Assembly (NCBI GenBank): GCA_902515155.1
Contig: CABXTT010000004.1
Span: forward strand, 1-60,531
DNA length: 60,531 nucleotides
Direction: 5' to 3'
From: an uncultured SAR86 cluster bacterium
GTDB taxonomy: Bacteria; Pseudomonadota; Gammaproteobacteria; Magnimaribacterales; D2472
The notes beneath the pieces are model-generated. The model was not told where the DNA came from, made no database searches, and saw only the letters and a list, made by a program, of their open reading frames with translations. The stretch's first letter is position 1. The number at the start of each line of letters is the position of its first letter. The translations under genes were made by a program, and so were the position numbers. Below are positions 39,905 through 50,023 of this stretch, one piece after another.

Positions 39905-40438
39905 ATGAAAGATTATGCAAATAAAAAATCATTAAATAGAAGGAGTGTTAAATCTAGAAAAAAAGTTTACGGAGCAAAGAAAAAAAGTATTCAAGTGATC
40001 TCTTCAAGAATACTGTTGGGATTATTTATATTTTCTTTATCATTAGCTGCTATATCATTTTTTTATTTTGAAACTGACGTTGAAAATATTGAGTCTAGAA
40101 ATGAATTAAATAACATCACTATAGACTTTCCTTCTTCTTTACTTGAAGGCTCTGTATTAATTGAGTCATCTTCAGAAGATAGATTTTTGTTTTGTGAATA
40201 TTTTGTTCAAATTGGAGCCTACGGTAATAAAAAGTATGCGTACGAAGCAAAAGAAATTTTAGAAGATATTAAACTAATATCTATTAACGAAATATACAGT
40301 AGCTCTGATCCTGGTAAAAAGTTGCATAGCGTTTTAAGTGGTCCCTATGCCAATCGCTCGGCTGCTAATAATTCAAAAGAAGTAATAACTAAAAAAGGGT
40401 TTGAGCCTAGATTAAGGACACTATGCAAAGAGAAATAG
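39905..40438 (+). CDS. SPOR-domain cell division protein (FtsN-like)
   Basis: MKDYA N-terminus, one TM, YFVQIGAY and GPY SPOR motifs; follows argS. Confidence 0.8.
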   Translation: MKDYANKKSLNRRSVKSRKKVYGAKKKSIQVISSRILLGLFIFSLSLAAISFFYFETDVENIESRNELNNITIDFPSSLLEGSVLIESSSEDRFLFCEYFVQIGAYGNKKYAYEAKEILEDIKLISINEIYSSSDPGKKLHSVLSGPYANRSAANNSKEVITKKGFEPRLRTLCKEK

Positions 40439-41100
40439 AAAAAAATATAAATCTTTTAAAATCTAGGATTGAACAGGTATCTCAAAACTCAGAAAAGAGC
40501 ATAAGTGAAATAGGTATTATTGCGGTTTCAAAGAAAAAAAGTTTGGAGCACATTAAAACAGCTTTTAATTTAGGGCTCAAAGATTTTGGAGAGAATTATG
40601 CTCAAGAACTTCAAAAAAAATCTGAGGAGCTTCAAAATTTAAAAATAATATGGCATTTTATTGGACCAATTCAGTCAAATAAAATTAAGACTATAGCAAA
40701 GCATGCGAATTGGATTCATTCCCTTGATAGGAATTCAATTGTGGATAAATTAAATAGGGAATGTAAGTCATTAGATAAAGTTATAAATGGATGCATACAA
40801 GTAAACATTTCTGAAGAGTCTTCTAAAAGTGGCATCGATTCATCAGAACTTATGAGTTTTGCAAATCACGTTGATTCTATGGAAAATATTAATTTAAAAG
40901 GCATAATGGTTCTCCCAAAAATCACAGGAGACTCAAAAGAGGAAATGAGAAGATCAAAAGAACTTCATGAAGAATTAATGAGTGTTTATCCAAATGCTAA
41001 TTACTTATCAATGGGAACAACTTCTGATTTTGAATCTGCGATTCAGTTTGGATCAAACTTAATTAGAGTTGGAGAGCTCATATTTGGAAAAAGGTTATGA
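40423..41100 (+). CDS. yggS: PLP homeostasis protein
   Basis: IAVSK, FGENYAQE, WHFIGPIQSNK and LSMG. Confidence 0.95.
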   Translation: MQREIEKNINLLKSRIEQVSQNSEKSISEIGIIAVSKKKSLEHIKTAFNLGLKDFGENYAQELQKKSEELQNLKIIWHFIGPIQSNKIKTIAKHANWIHSLDRNSIVDKLNRECKSLDKVINGCIQVNISEESSKSGIDSSELMSFANHVDSMENINLKGIMVLPKITGDSKEEMRRSKELHEELMSVYPNANYLSMGTTSDFESAIQFGSNLIRVGELIFGKRL

Positions 41101-41888
41101 AAAAAGTAGTATTCTTTGGGGCTGGTAATATTGCTCAAGCCTTAATAGCAGGAATGATTTCTAGTGGCTTTAATAAAAAAGATATTTTATTTGTAGACAG
41201 GAATATTAAGAATAAAAATATCATGAAGAAAGCTAGTATTAAAGAATACTCTTTTAAAAAAAATAGAAGTAATTGCCTATTCTTTTTGGCTGTTAAGCCC
41301 AAAGATGCCTTAAATGCTTTCAAAGAAATATGTGAAGAATATAAAAAGCCTACGATTGTTTCTTTGGTTGCAGGCATTAAATCAAAAAAATATCTTTCTA
41401 TATCAAAAGATATTCAATTCATTAGAGCTATGCCAAATACTCCATCTGAATTTAATAAAGGTATAACTGCTATTTATAACGTCTCTGGCTCCTTAGCAAC
41501 TCTAAAAAAAGTAAGAGCTTTGTTAAACAGAGTCGGAATTACTCTTGAGCTAGATAAAGAAACTAAGATGAATGACTTTACTGGTTTAATTGGAAGTGGT
41601 CCTGCCTATTTCTTTTATCTACTAAAGATTTATGAAAAAAGAATCTTAAAACTTTGCAATGGCGATACAAAGCAAAGAGATAAGATTTTAGGAAATTTGA
41701 TGGAAGGTGTTGGGATTGCATCAAAAAATAATAAAGGTATGGATGAATTAATATCTGCTGTTGCATCCAAAAAAGGTACTACAGAAGCAGGATTAAAAAG
41801 CTTTAAGTCTTCAAAAATACTTAATTCCTTTGAGAAAGGTATCATTGCTGCAGTAAACAGATCAAAAGAGATTTCAAATGAGTTCTAA
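41097..41888 (+). CDS. proC: Pyrroline-5-carboxylate reductase
   Basis: GAGNIA, LAVKP, RAMPN, GSGPAY and SKKGTT. Confidence 0.92.
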   Translation: MKKVVFFGAGNIAQALIAGMISSGFNKKDILFVDRNIKNKNIMKKASIKEYSFKKNRSNCLFFLAVKPKDALNAFKEICEEYKKPTIVSLVAGIKSKKYLSISKDIQFIRAMPNTPSEFNKGITAIYNVSGSLATLKKVRALLNRVGITLELDKETKMNDFTGLIGSGPAYFFYLLKIYEKRILKLCNGDTKQRDKILGNLMEGVGIASKNNKGMDELISAVASKKGTTEAGLKSFKSSKILNSFEKGIIAAVNRSKEISNEF

Positions 41889-42402
41889 TTCACTGCAATT
41901 TATTAGTTTAGGACTAGGTGCAGGAAGTTACGCATTTATATTATTATTTATTTTTAACCTTTTTAAAGTTGATTACTTCAATCCTGTTGTGAAAGCATTT
42001 GTAAACTTTTACAAACCTATATCTAAAATCTCTATTTTTAAAAATCAGCTTTATATGATTTTTTCAATTGCTGTGCTTTTAAAGTTTTCAGGGTTTTATC
42101 TTCTTTATTCTGCTCAATATGACGAAATAACCCTAGGTTTAATAGCGATTATTGAGACTGTAAGTACTTTTGTAAGAATTATTTTCTTTACTATAATTGG
42201 TTCTGTTATTTTAAGTTGGGTTTCGCCAAATAATCCAAATCCTCTTTTGAAATTAGTTGAAGAAATTTCTTCAAAAGTAATGAGTCCGATTAGGAATTTT
42301 ATACCATCATTTGGAGGGCTTGATATTTCACCCATTTTTGCACTAATTCTAATTAGGCAAATTGAAATATTATTAACAAGCATAATAAGATTATTAATAT
42401 GA
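41878..42402 (+). CDS. yggT: YggT membrane protein
   Basis: DYFNP, ILSWVSP and PSFGGLDISPI. Confidence 0.9.
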   Translation: MSSNSLQFISLGLGAGSYAFILLFIFNLFKVDYFNPVVKAFVNFYKPISKISIFKNQLYMIFSIAVLLKFSGFYLLYSAQYDEITLGLIAIIETVSTFVRIIFFTIIGSVILSWVSPNNPNPLLKLVEEISSKVMSPIRNFIPSFGGLDISPIFALILIRQIEILLTSIIRLLI

Positions 42403-43493
42403 AAACTGAAAGAAATTTAATCCACTTTGAATCTGGTATAGATTTAGAGTCAGGATCAAGGCTCAATAAGTTTGATCTTATGGTTGAAACTTACGGTAAC
42501 TTAAATAAGGATAAATCTAATGGGATTCTAATTTGTCATGCTTTTTCTGGAAATCATCATGCAGCAGGAAAGTTTTCTGCTGATGACTCAATTGGCTGGT
42601 GGGATCAAATAATTGGTCCTGGTAAATCTATTGATACAAATAAATACTTTGTTGTATGCTCAAATAATCTTGGTGGATGTTCGGGATCAACTGGACCATC
42701 TAGTGTCAATCCTGATACTGGAGAAATTTATGGCAAAGATTTTCCAATAGTATCTGTTGAAGATTGGGTTCAATCACAAAAAATGCTTACAGATTATTTA
42801 AATATAGAAAAATGGCATCTAGTTGTCGGAGGCAGTATTGGAGGTATGCAGGCTCTTCAATGGTCGATTGCATTCCCTGATAGTCTCAAAAAAGCTGGTA
42901 TCTTTGCGGCAGCTGCTAAGTCGAGCACTCAAAATATAGCTATGAATGAGGTTGCTAGAGAATCTATAAGAAAAGATAAAGATTTTCATGGAGGAGATTA
43001 CTATAAACATAATGTGAAACCCAAAAATGGATTAAAAACAGCTCGAATGCTTGGTCACATAACATATCTATCTGAAAAACATATGGACCATAAATTTGGA
43101 AGAAAGTTTCAAGATGAAGAATCAAGAGTAGCTGGTGATGTTGACTATCAAGTTGAAAATTATCTTCAATATAAGGGCGAAAAATTTTCAGATTTATTTG
43201 ATGCTAATTCATACATATTGATGACAAAAGCTATGGATGATTATGACGCTTCTGAGGGAAATAGTGGTGACTTAGAAAAAACATTATCATCCATCAAGGC
43301 GAAACTTCTAGTTATTGGATTTGAGAGCGATTGGCTTTATCCCCCTCAAAGAAGTAAAGAAATTCAACTTGCAGCCATGAATGTAAATGTTGAATGCTCT
43401 TGCCTAATTCTCTATGGCAAACAAGGTCATGATAGTTTTCTTTTTGCTTCAAAAAGGTATGAAAAGATTATTAAATCTTTTATTGAGTCATAA
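42399..43493 (+). CDS. metX: Homoserine O-acyltransferase
   Basis: LICHAFSG, NNLGGCSGSTGP, GGSIGGMQ and GHDSFL. Confidence 0.95.
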   Translation: MKTERNLIHFESGIDLESGSRLNKFDLMVETYGNLNKDKSNGILICHAFSGNHHAAGKFSADDSIGWWDQIIGPGKSIDTNKYFVVCSNNLGGCSGSTGPSSVNPDTGEIYGKDFPIVSVEDWVQSQKMLTDYLNIEKWHLVVGGSIGGMQALQWSIAFPDSLKKAGIFAAAAKSSTQNIAMNEVARESIRKDKDFHGGDYYKHNVKPKNGLKTARMLGHITYLSEKHMDHKFGRKFQDEESRVAGDVDYQVENYLQYKGEKFSDLFDANSYILMTKAMDDYDASEGNSGDLEKTLSSIKAKLLVIGFESDWLYPPQRSKEIQLAAMNVNVECSCLILYGKQGHDSFLFASKRYEKIIKSFIES

Positions 43494-44086
43494 TGAATAT
43501 TTCACTAACAAAAATTATTGAGTCCTGGATAACAGATAATTCTAAAGTTATTGATTTTGGTTGTGGTGATGGATCATTGCTTCAATTCTTAATAGATAAT
43601 AAGAATGTAAATGGGTACGGTGTTGAAATAGACCATGAAAAAATTCAACAATGTGTAGAAAAAGGCCTATCAGTTATAGAGCAAGATATTGATGAAGGTA
43701 TTCAAGATTTTGTATCCTCAAATTTTGATTTTGCAATAATGGCAAGCTCGATACAATGCTTAAAAAATCCTCATATAGCTCTTGGAAGGATGCTTGATCT
43801 ATCAAAGCAATGTGTTGTAACCTTGCCAAACCTTGGATATTGGAGATGCAGATTAAATCTTTTATCAGGAAAAATGCCAGTTACTCCAAATCTTCCCTCA
43901 AGTTGGTATGAGACAGATAACTTGCATTTATGCACAATAAAAGATTTTGAAAAGCTTTGTGCTGATGAGGGCTTTGTTGTAAATAAAAAAATCTTTTTAA
44001 ATGGTCAAGGCAAAAAAGGTACCTTGGCATCACTATTTCCAAATATCTTTTCTTCTGAAGGGGTTTATTTACTTGAAAGAAAATAA
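43493..44086 (+). CDS. metW: Methionine biosynthesis protein MetW
   Basis: DFGCGDG, GKMPV and WYETDNLHLCTIKDF. Confidence 0.93.
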   Translation: MNISLTKIIESWITDNSKVIDFGCGDGSLLQFLIDNKNVNGYGVEIDHEKIQQCVEKGLSVIEQDIDEGIQDFVSSNFDFAIMASSIQCLKNPHIALGRMLDLSKQCVVTLPNLGYWRCRLNLLSGKMPVTPNLPSSWYETDNLHLCTIKDFEKLCADEGFVVNKKIFLNGQGKKGTLASLFPNIFSSEGVYLLERK

Positions 44087-44675
44087 AAAAATTCTATTAG
44101 CTACTTCAAATAAGGGGAAGTTAGAGGAATTTCAGATGATTTTTAGTAATTATGAAATTATCTCTCAAGCTGACCTTGGTATTGATGATGCCGTTGAAGA
44201 TGGCCTTACTTTTTTTGAAAATGCATTAAAAAAAGCTAGGCATGGAGCAAAACAATCTGGTCTGTTTACTGTTGCTGATGATTCAGGCCTTGTAGTTCCA
44301 AAATTAAACTTTGAACCAGGGATATATTCTGCAAGATATGCAGGAGAAAATTCTTCAGACCTAGATAATAGAAAGAAAATAATCGATAAGTTAAATAATA
44401 TAAATTCAGCATCACTTTCAGCCTACTATGTTTGTGTTCTGATTGGTATTAGGTCATATGAAGACCCTATGCCAATTTATACTAGCGGTAAAATTCATGG
44501 GAAGGTTTCTATAGAAAGCTCTGGAACAGGTGGCTTTGGATATGATCAGATCTTTTATCCAGACAGCTTGAATGTTTCTATGGCCTCAATTGAAGCTGAA
44601 CTAAAAAATACTATAAGCCACAGAGCAATTGCTGCACAGTTACTTCTTAAAGAACTTGAAAAACTTAAATCCTAA
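44073..44675 (+). CDS. rdgB: dITP/XTP pyrophosphatase
   Basis: ATSNKGK, ADDSGL, PGIYSARYAG, GFGYD and ISHR; probable TTG start. Confidence 0.93.
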   Translation: MKENKKILLATSNKGKLEEFQMIFSNYEIISQADLGIDDAVEDGLTFFENALKKARHGAKQSGLFTVADDSGLVVPKLNFEPGIYSARYAGENSSDLDNRKKIIDKLNNINSASLSAYYVCVLIGIRSYEDPMPIYTSGKIHGKVSIESSGTGGFGYDQIFYPDSLNVSMASIEAELKNTISHRAIAAQLLLKELEKLKS

Positions 44676-45789
44676 GAAAATTCCTATTTCTTTATATATT
44701 CATTTACCGTGGTGTGAAAAAAAATGTCCGTATTGTGATTTTAATGTTGATGTAGATAAACAAAATGGGGACGAAGAAAATCTTCTAAAAGCAATACTTG
44801 AAGACCTAGAAAAGTCAGAAAAATATATTTCAAACAGAAAATTTTCATCTGTCTACTTTGGAGGCGGAACTCCATCTCTTATATCATCAAAAATTATTGA
44901 ACAAATTACTAAAGCCTTATCCAATAAAAAACTTCTAAATAGTAATTGTGAAATTAGCTTTGAATTAAATCCAAAAGAAGTAATGAATGACTATTTAAAT
45001 GAATTAATGAATGCAGGCATTAACAGAATATCTATAGGCATTCAGAGTTTTGATCAAAAGGTATTAAGTAGCCTTGAAAGAAATCATAGCTCCATGGATG
45101 CATTAAAAGCAGTAGAGATTATTTCAAGTCTAAATTCTATCAATACAACTATTGATTTAATTTATGGAGTCATGGATCAGACATTAGAATCAGTTATTAA
45201 AGATATTAATACTTTTTGCTCATTCGATTTAGAGCATCTTTCAATGTATCAATTAACTATTGAACCAAATACCATCTTTTATAAAAGAAATTTGATAACG
45301 CCTCCAGATAACTCAATTGAGTTAATGGAAATTGAAGCAAAGAAAATTTTAAAAAGTAATAAATACTATCAGTATGAAGTCTCATCTTGGACTAAAAACG
45401 GTAAAGAGAGTAAACATAATATGAACTATTGGGGTTATGGTGATTATTTAGGGCTTGGTCCTGGAGCTCATAGCAAAATCACAACAAATGAATCTATAAC
45501 AAGGATGATTAAACTTAAGAAGGTTAAGTCTTATATAGATAATCCTTGTAAAACAACAAATACTGAGATTACAACAAAGAACTACGATCTTGATCTTGCA
45601 ATGAATCTTTTGAGAATTAAAGAAGGGCTTACTTTTGATGAAATAAATAAAAGAAATATATATTTGTCAAAAACTTTCTTAAGTAAGTTAGAAAAAGGTG
45701 TTGAAGAAAATTTACTTGAAAGGGGGGGAATAAAAGCTTCAGATATGGGCTATAAATTTCTAAATGATACTGTAAATATATTCAGCTAA
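44656..45789 (+). CDS. hemW: Radical SAM heme chaperone HemW (HemN-like)
   Basis: YIHLPWCEKKCPYCDFN, GGGTPS, YEVS and HNMNYW; start uncertain. Confidence 0.92.
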   Translation: MKNLNPKKIPISLYIHLPWCEKKCPYCDFNVDVDKQNGDEENLLKAILEDLEKSEKYISNRKFSSVYFGGGTPSLISSKIIEQITKALSNKKLLNSNCEISFELNPKEVMNDYLNELMNAGINRISIGIQSFDQKVLSSLERNHSSMDALKAVEIISSLNSINTTIDLIYGVMDQTLESVIKDINTFCSFDLEHLSMYQLTIEPNTIFYKRNLITPPDNSIELMEIEAKKILKSNKYYQYEVSSWTKNGKESKHNMNYWGYGDYLGLGPGAHSKITTNESITRMIKLKKVKSYIDNPCKTTNTEITTKNYDLDLAMNLLRIKEGLTFDEINKRNIYLSKTFLSKLEKGVEENLLERGGIKASDMGYKFLNDTVNIFS

Positions 45790-46429
45790 CTTTTTTAAGT
45801 GTAAAAGTATAAATTTTTCTTCCCTCTTCCATTGCTCTTTTTTGAAACTTAGTGAGCTCTGATTTTTCATAGATAGATGACTTCAATCTTTTATACCCAT
45901 TTGATTCTAATATAGTCTCTTCGATTGATTCAGCATAATTTTTCCAGTCAGTAGACATAAATAAATTTCCATTATTTTTAATTACTGGATGTACTAATTT
46001 TAAAAATTCTGAATTTATCATCCTTCTTTTATGATGCTTTAGCTTTGGCCATGGATCAGGACAAATAATTAAAACATCATCAAAAATTGGTTTTTTAATT
46101 TGTTCTATGAGTAATCTAATGTCGCCTGAGATAAGTTTTATATTTTGAATATCATTTTTAATGATTTCCCCTAGAAGATATCCAATTCCAGCGATGTAGA
46201 CCTCAGAAGCTAAATATAAAGTTCCTGGATTAGCTTTTGCAAGGGCTAGAGTGTTGTCACCATTTCCAAAACCTATTTCAAGGGTAAGTTTTGAGAAACT
46301 AATTTTTGCTTTTGAGATGTCATCAATATTAGATACCTCGAATTTCTCAAGATGATTAAGATTATTTTCTTGGCTTTTAGTGATTCTACCTCTTCTCTTT
46401 ACAAAAGAAGGTAAATATTTTTGGCGCAT
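45782..46429 (-). CDS. trmB: tRNA (guanine-N7) methyltransferase
   Basis: SFVKRRGR, LEIGFGNG, PDPWPK and TDWKNY. Confidence 0.95.
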   Translation of the reverse strand: MRQKYLPSFVKRRGRITKSQENNLNHLEKFEVSNIDDISKAKISFSKLTLEIGFGNGDNTLALAKANPGTLYLASEVYIAGIGYLLGEIIKNDIQNIKLISGDIRLLIEQIKKPIFDDVLIICPDPWPKLKHHKRRMINSEFLKLVHPVIKNNGNLFMSTDWKNYAESIEETILESNGYKRLKSSIYEKSELTKFQKRAMEEGRKIYTFTLKKVS

Positions 46430-46449
46430 TAAGGCTGACTGAGAGAAAT

Positions 46450-47310
46450 TTAGGCAGCGCTGACCATGAAGGCTTTTAGCTTCTTGAGAGCACCATTTTC
46501 TATTTGCCTAATTCTTTCTGCAGAAACGTTATATTCATCTGCTAAATCATGAAGCGTAGCTTTTTTATCAGCAAGATATCTTCTTAGAAGAATATCTTTA
46601 CTTCTATCATCAAGCATCTTTAGTGCCTCTGAAAGATCATTGTGATTAATTTCTTCTGCCTCTGCTGTAGCTACAATTACTTCCGGATCATATCTTTTAT
46701 CTTCGAGATACTGAGAAGGAGACATAATTTCATCGTCATCATCAGATGAAGTTGGAGCATCAAAAGAAGAATCGTTGGAAGAAAGTCTATTTTCCATATG
46801 AAGAACATCTTTGACTTCAACATTTAAGTCTTCAGCAATCTTTTCAGCTTCTTCTTTTGTAAGCCATTCTAAACTTTTCTTTTTACTTCTTAAGTTAAAA
46901 AATAACTTTCTTTGTGCTTTTGTAGTTGCAATCTTAACAAGTCTCCAATTCTTAAGTATGTATTCATGAATTTCAGCTTTTATCCAATGAACAGCAAATG
47001 AAACTACTTTAACTCCTCTATGAGGATCGTATTTATCAACAGCTTTCATAAGACCAACGTTACCTTCTTGAATAATATCTGCTAATGGCAATCCATACCC
47101 TTGATAAGATCTTGCGATATGTACTACAAATCGAAGATGGTGAATAACCAGTTGTCTGGCTGCGTCTAAATCATCCTCTTCATATAGTTTTATTGCTAGT
47201 TCTTGTTCTTGCTCTTTAGTTAAGATAGGAATTGAATGCACAGAAGATAAATAGGACTCTATATCCTTTCCTGGACTGTTTAACTGTGATGGCTGTAACT
47301 GTGTTCCCAT
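46450..47310 (-). CDS. rpoH: RNA polymerase sigma-32 factor
   Basis: RpoH box ATTKAQRKLFFNLR, DIIQEGNVGLMKAV and VSAERIRQIE. Confidence 0.96.
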   Translation of the reverse strand: MGTQLQPSQLNSPGKDIESYLSSVHSIPILTKEQEQELAIKLYEEDDLDAARQLVIHHLRFVVHIARSYQGYGLPLADIIQEGNVGLMKAVDKYDPHRGVKVVSFAVHWIKAEIHEYILKNWRLVKIATTKAQRKLFFNLRSKKKSLEWLTKEEAEKIAEDLNVEVKDVLHMENRLSSNDSSFDAPTSSDDDDEIMSPSQYLEDKRYDPEVIVATAEAEEINHNDLSEALKMLDDRSKDILLRRYLADKKATLHDLADEYNVSAERIRQIENGALKKLKAFMVSAA

Positions 47311-47326
47311 AATAATATAAGTATAC

Positions 47327-47352
47327 TATATAATTAATTATATAATTAATTA
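47327..47352. repeat. AT-only tandem repeat/palindrome upstream of rpoH
   Basis: TATAATTAATTA twice in tandem (47329-47352); 47331-47352 is a perfect 22-bp palindrome. Confidence 0.7.
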
Positions 47353-47367
47353 ATGTTTATATGAAAA

Positions 47368-48264
47368 TTATACCAATTTTTTATAAAAATCTCTTATTAA
47401 AGGCAAATAAGTATCTTTTAAATATGTATTTCTAAAGCCTACAAAAGCAGGATTAAGAATATTATTTACTTTTGAGTAGGCCAAATGCTTACCAGAGCTC
47501 ATTTGGCATACTCTTCCGCCTTTAGAAATAAGATATGCGTGTCCTGCTGCAATATCCCACTCTGATGTGGGTCCAAATCTTGGATAAATATCTGCTTCGT
47601 TATCAGCCATAGCGCATAGTTTTAACGAACTGCCCTTCTCAACAACTTTATAGCTAATTGGAAAGCCATTAATAAAACTACCCTCCAAAAAATGTAAAAA
47701 CTCCTTATCAATATCATTCTGATGACTTTTGCTCATAACTATTCTTATTGGATCGGGCGTGTTTCCACCTCCAAGTCCACCTGGTACATGTTTGTATTTC
47801 CAAAATTGATTAAGATAGTTAACAGATCTAAAAAATTTAGATGGTCGTTCAAAAAATGAGCCTGCCCAAATTTCTCCTGTTGCCGGAGCACTAACAATTC
47901 CAAAAATTGGTATTGAGTTTTCTATTAAAGCTATATTGACTGTAAATTCTTTTGATTTATTAATAAACTCTTTAGTTCCATCAAGAGGATCAACAAGCCA
48001 ATAAGCGCCCTGTGGTAAATCTTCGTCATGATTAAAAGTTTCCTCAGTAACTGCTGGGATATCTGGTGTAATATTATGAAGTGCCCTAATAATAATTTCG
48101 TTAGCTTTATTGTCGGCTTCTGTAACTGGAGACCCATCTGATTTTATTTCAGTCTCAAAAGAGTCTTTATCATAAATATTCATGATTGCTTCAGAGGCTT
48201 CACTGACAGTTTCTCGCAATGGGTTTAAAATAGTTTTTAAAAAATTATGAGAAATATTCATCAC
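47368..48264 (-). CDS. cysQ: 3'(2'),5'-bisphosphate nucleotidase CysQ
   Basis: KSDGSPVTEAD, WLVDPLDGTKEF, GSSLK and YPRFGPTSEWDIAAG; start uncertain. Confidence 0.93.
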   Translation of the reverse strand: MMNISHNFLKTILNPLRETVSEASEAIMNIYDKDSFETEIKSDGSPVTEADNKANEIIIRALHNITPDIPAVTEETFNHDEDLPQGAYWLVDPLDGTKEFINKSKEFTVNIALIENSIPIFGIVSAPATGEIWAGSFFERPSKFFRSVNYLNQFWKYKHVPGGLGGGNTPDPIRIVMSKSHQNDIDKEFLHFLEGSFINGFPISYKVVEKGSSLKLCAMADNEADIYPRFGPTSEWDIAAGHAYLISKGGRVCQMSSGKHLAYSKVNNILNPAFVGFRNTYLKDTYLPLIRDFYKKLV

Positions 48265-48912
48265 AATATAGTAACAAACGTTTCTGATATATTGTTAGAT
48301 ATTGATGGGGTATTGTTAGATCAAAGTTTTGATAACCTTTTTTGGAGTGAACTAGTGCCTTTAGAGCTTTCAACAGAACAAAATATATCTATAGAGAATG
48401 CTAAAAATGAAATTTATAACACTGCTGAAAAAGTTAAAGGAACAATGCCATGGTATGAACTTAAATTTTGGGAAAATAAGTACAATTTAGATCTAGTAAA
48501 TGTAGCACTAAATAATAGTGCTGAAATTGCCTTTTTGCCAAGGGCAAAAGAAACACTTAAGAAACTTGCTGATTTAGATAAAAGAATCATTTTAATGACC
48601 AATTGCGATCGAAGACTTCTCAATGTAAAAGCATCAGTAGTTCCATTTATGAAATATGTAGATGGATGTGTTTCATTTGTAGAAATAGGTGCAGTTAAAG
48701 AAAGTCAAGACTTTTGGGGTCCAGCTTTTGAAATTTTCAATATTGATACAGAAAAGTCTTTATTTGCAGACGACAATATAAACGTTGTTAATTCAGCAAT
48801 TCAGGCAGGAATTTTTAATTCTTTCCAAGTGCTGGAACCTACAAGTGATGGGTCTGTAATAAACAAACCAAATTCAAATTTTACTATCAAGAATATTGGT
48901 GAGTTAATTTAA
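48247..48912 (+). CDS. HAD nucleotidase (YrfG-like)
   Basis: LLDIDGVLLD, FDNLFW, MTN, KESQDFW and LFADDN; divergent from cysQ. Confidence 0.85.
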   Translation: MRNIHHNIVTNVSDILLDIDGVLLDQSFDNLFWSELVPLELSTEQNISIENAKNEIYNTAEKVKGTMPWYELKFWENKYNLDLVNVALNNSAEIAFLPRAKETLKKLADLDKRIILMTNCDRRLLNVKASVVPFMKYVDGCVSFVEIGAVKESQDFWGPAFEIFNIDTEKSLFADDNINVVNSAIQAGIFNSFQVLEPTSDGSVINKPNSNFTIKNIGELI

Positions 48913-48937
48913 GCATCGAGACGGCTTGTTTTTTTTT
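48911..48937 (+). terminator. Possible weak intrinsic terminator
   Basis: AAGC-ATCGAGACG-GCTT followed by a T9 run between convergent genes. Confidence 0.35.
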
Positions 48938-48965
48938 AAAATTTATAGCACCTAATATTTTTTTA

Positions 48966-49814
48966 TTATTCAGGTCTTAAAGATTCCTTTCTTAGTTGGA
49001 TTTGATTTTCCTCTGAGCCTGGGTATTTATTGTCATATAAAGAATACTCCCATCTCCCATACATGGGATTAGTTATCATGAACCACTTTGAGCCCCACAT
49101 ATTTTCATATTTTGATGCTAGCTCTTTTCTTGAAATATCTTCGAGTGTTGCTTCTTCAGAGGAGATAAAATCTGTTAATTGATCTCCAACAAGTAAAATA
49201 ATTCTATATTCATTAGCTATCAATAATCTTCTAGATACTTTATCAGACGTCCAATCATTCTCACCTTTCATCAGCAGTACATCGATATCTTCATCAAATG
49301 GTAATTTAAGATTTATGATATTTGCTTTAGTTGATTGTTCTAATTCAGAAACCCTATTGGTAACATAAAAAATTTTTACTCCTTTTTGATCAGCGTAATT
49401 TAAAAATTTAGTAACTCCAGCAACAGCATCTGCCGAGCCTTCTAACCCCCAATCAATCCATCCCTCTGGATATGAAAATCCCTCTAAGATTGTTCTCGCT
49501 TGAAAAGCTGAATTATCTAAAACTGTTTCATCAACGTCTATGATAATGGCAGGACTTTTAGATGAGAAATTACCTTTTTGCTCTAGAGCTGCAGTCCATG
49601 AAGTATCTTTTAAGGCTTTGTCTATTGCAGTAATGGCATTGTTGTAAACCTGTATATTATTTGCAGCAAATTCTGCAGAGGTCTGAGCATATAGAACTGC
49701 AAGCATCGATTGTTCTTGAAACGATTTATCTGTTTGTAAATTATCGCCTTGTAAATGCCCACAACATAAAACTATAAAAAAAGAAAAAATATATATTTGA
49801 TTTCGTGATTTCAT
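48966..49814 (-). CDS. Class C acid phosphatase / 5'-nucleotidase, e(P4) family, exported
   Basis: Signal peptide, DVDETVLDNS, YVTNR, VGDQLTDF and NPMYGRW. Confidence 0.92.
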   Translation of the reverse strand: MKSRNQIYIFSFFIVLCCGHLQGDNLQTDKSFQEQSMLAVLYAQTSAEFAANNIQVYNNAITAIDKALKDTSWTAALEQKGNFSSKSPAIIIDVDETVLDNSAFQARTILEGFSYPEGWIDWGLEGSADAVAGVTKFLNYADQKGVKIFYVTNRVSELEQSTKANIINLKLPFDEDIDVLLMKGENDWTSDKVSRRLLIANEYRIILLVGDQLTDFISSEEATLEDISRKELASKYENMWGSKWFMITNPMYGRWEYSLYDNKYPGSEENQIQLRKESLRPE

Positions 49815-49858
49815 GATTTAACCATTATAATGCGAATAAATTGTAAAGAGTTACATAT

Positions 49859-50023
49859 ATGAATTCAGAATTATTAGAAAATCTTGAAAAGTTAAAAAAG
49901 ATGTTCGTTTTGTTAAGTGAAGAAAGGAAGGTTGTTCTTTCTCATCATAAAACATTTGAGCATGTAGAAAAAATGAGAACGATTTTAAACAAATCTATAG
50001 AAATGGTAAAAAATGATGGGTAA
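49859..50023 (+). CDS. Small hypothetical protein (54 aa)
   Basis: Not in the ORF track: MNSELLENLEKLKKMFVLLSEERKVVLSHHKTFEHVEKMRTILNKSIEMVKNDG; fills the gap and overlaps the next start. Confidence 0.65.
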   Translation: MNSELLENLEKLKKMFVLLSEERKVVLSHHKTFEHVEKMRTILNKSIEMVKNDG

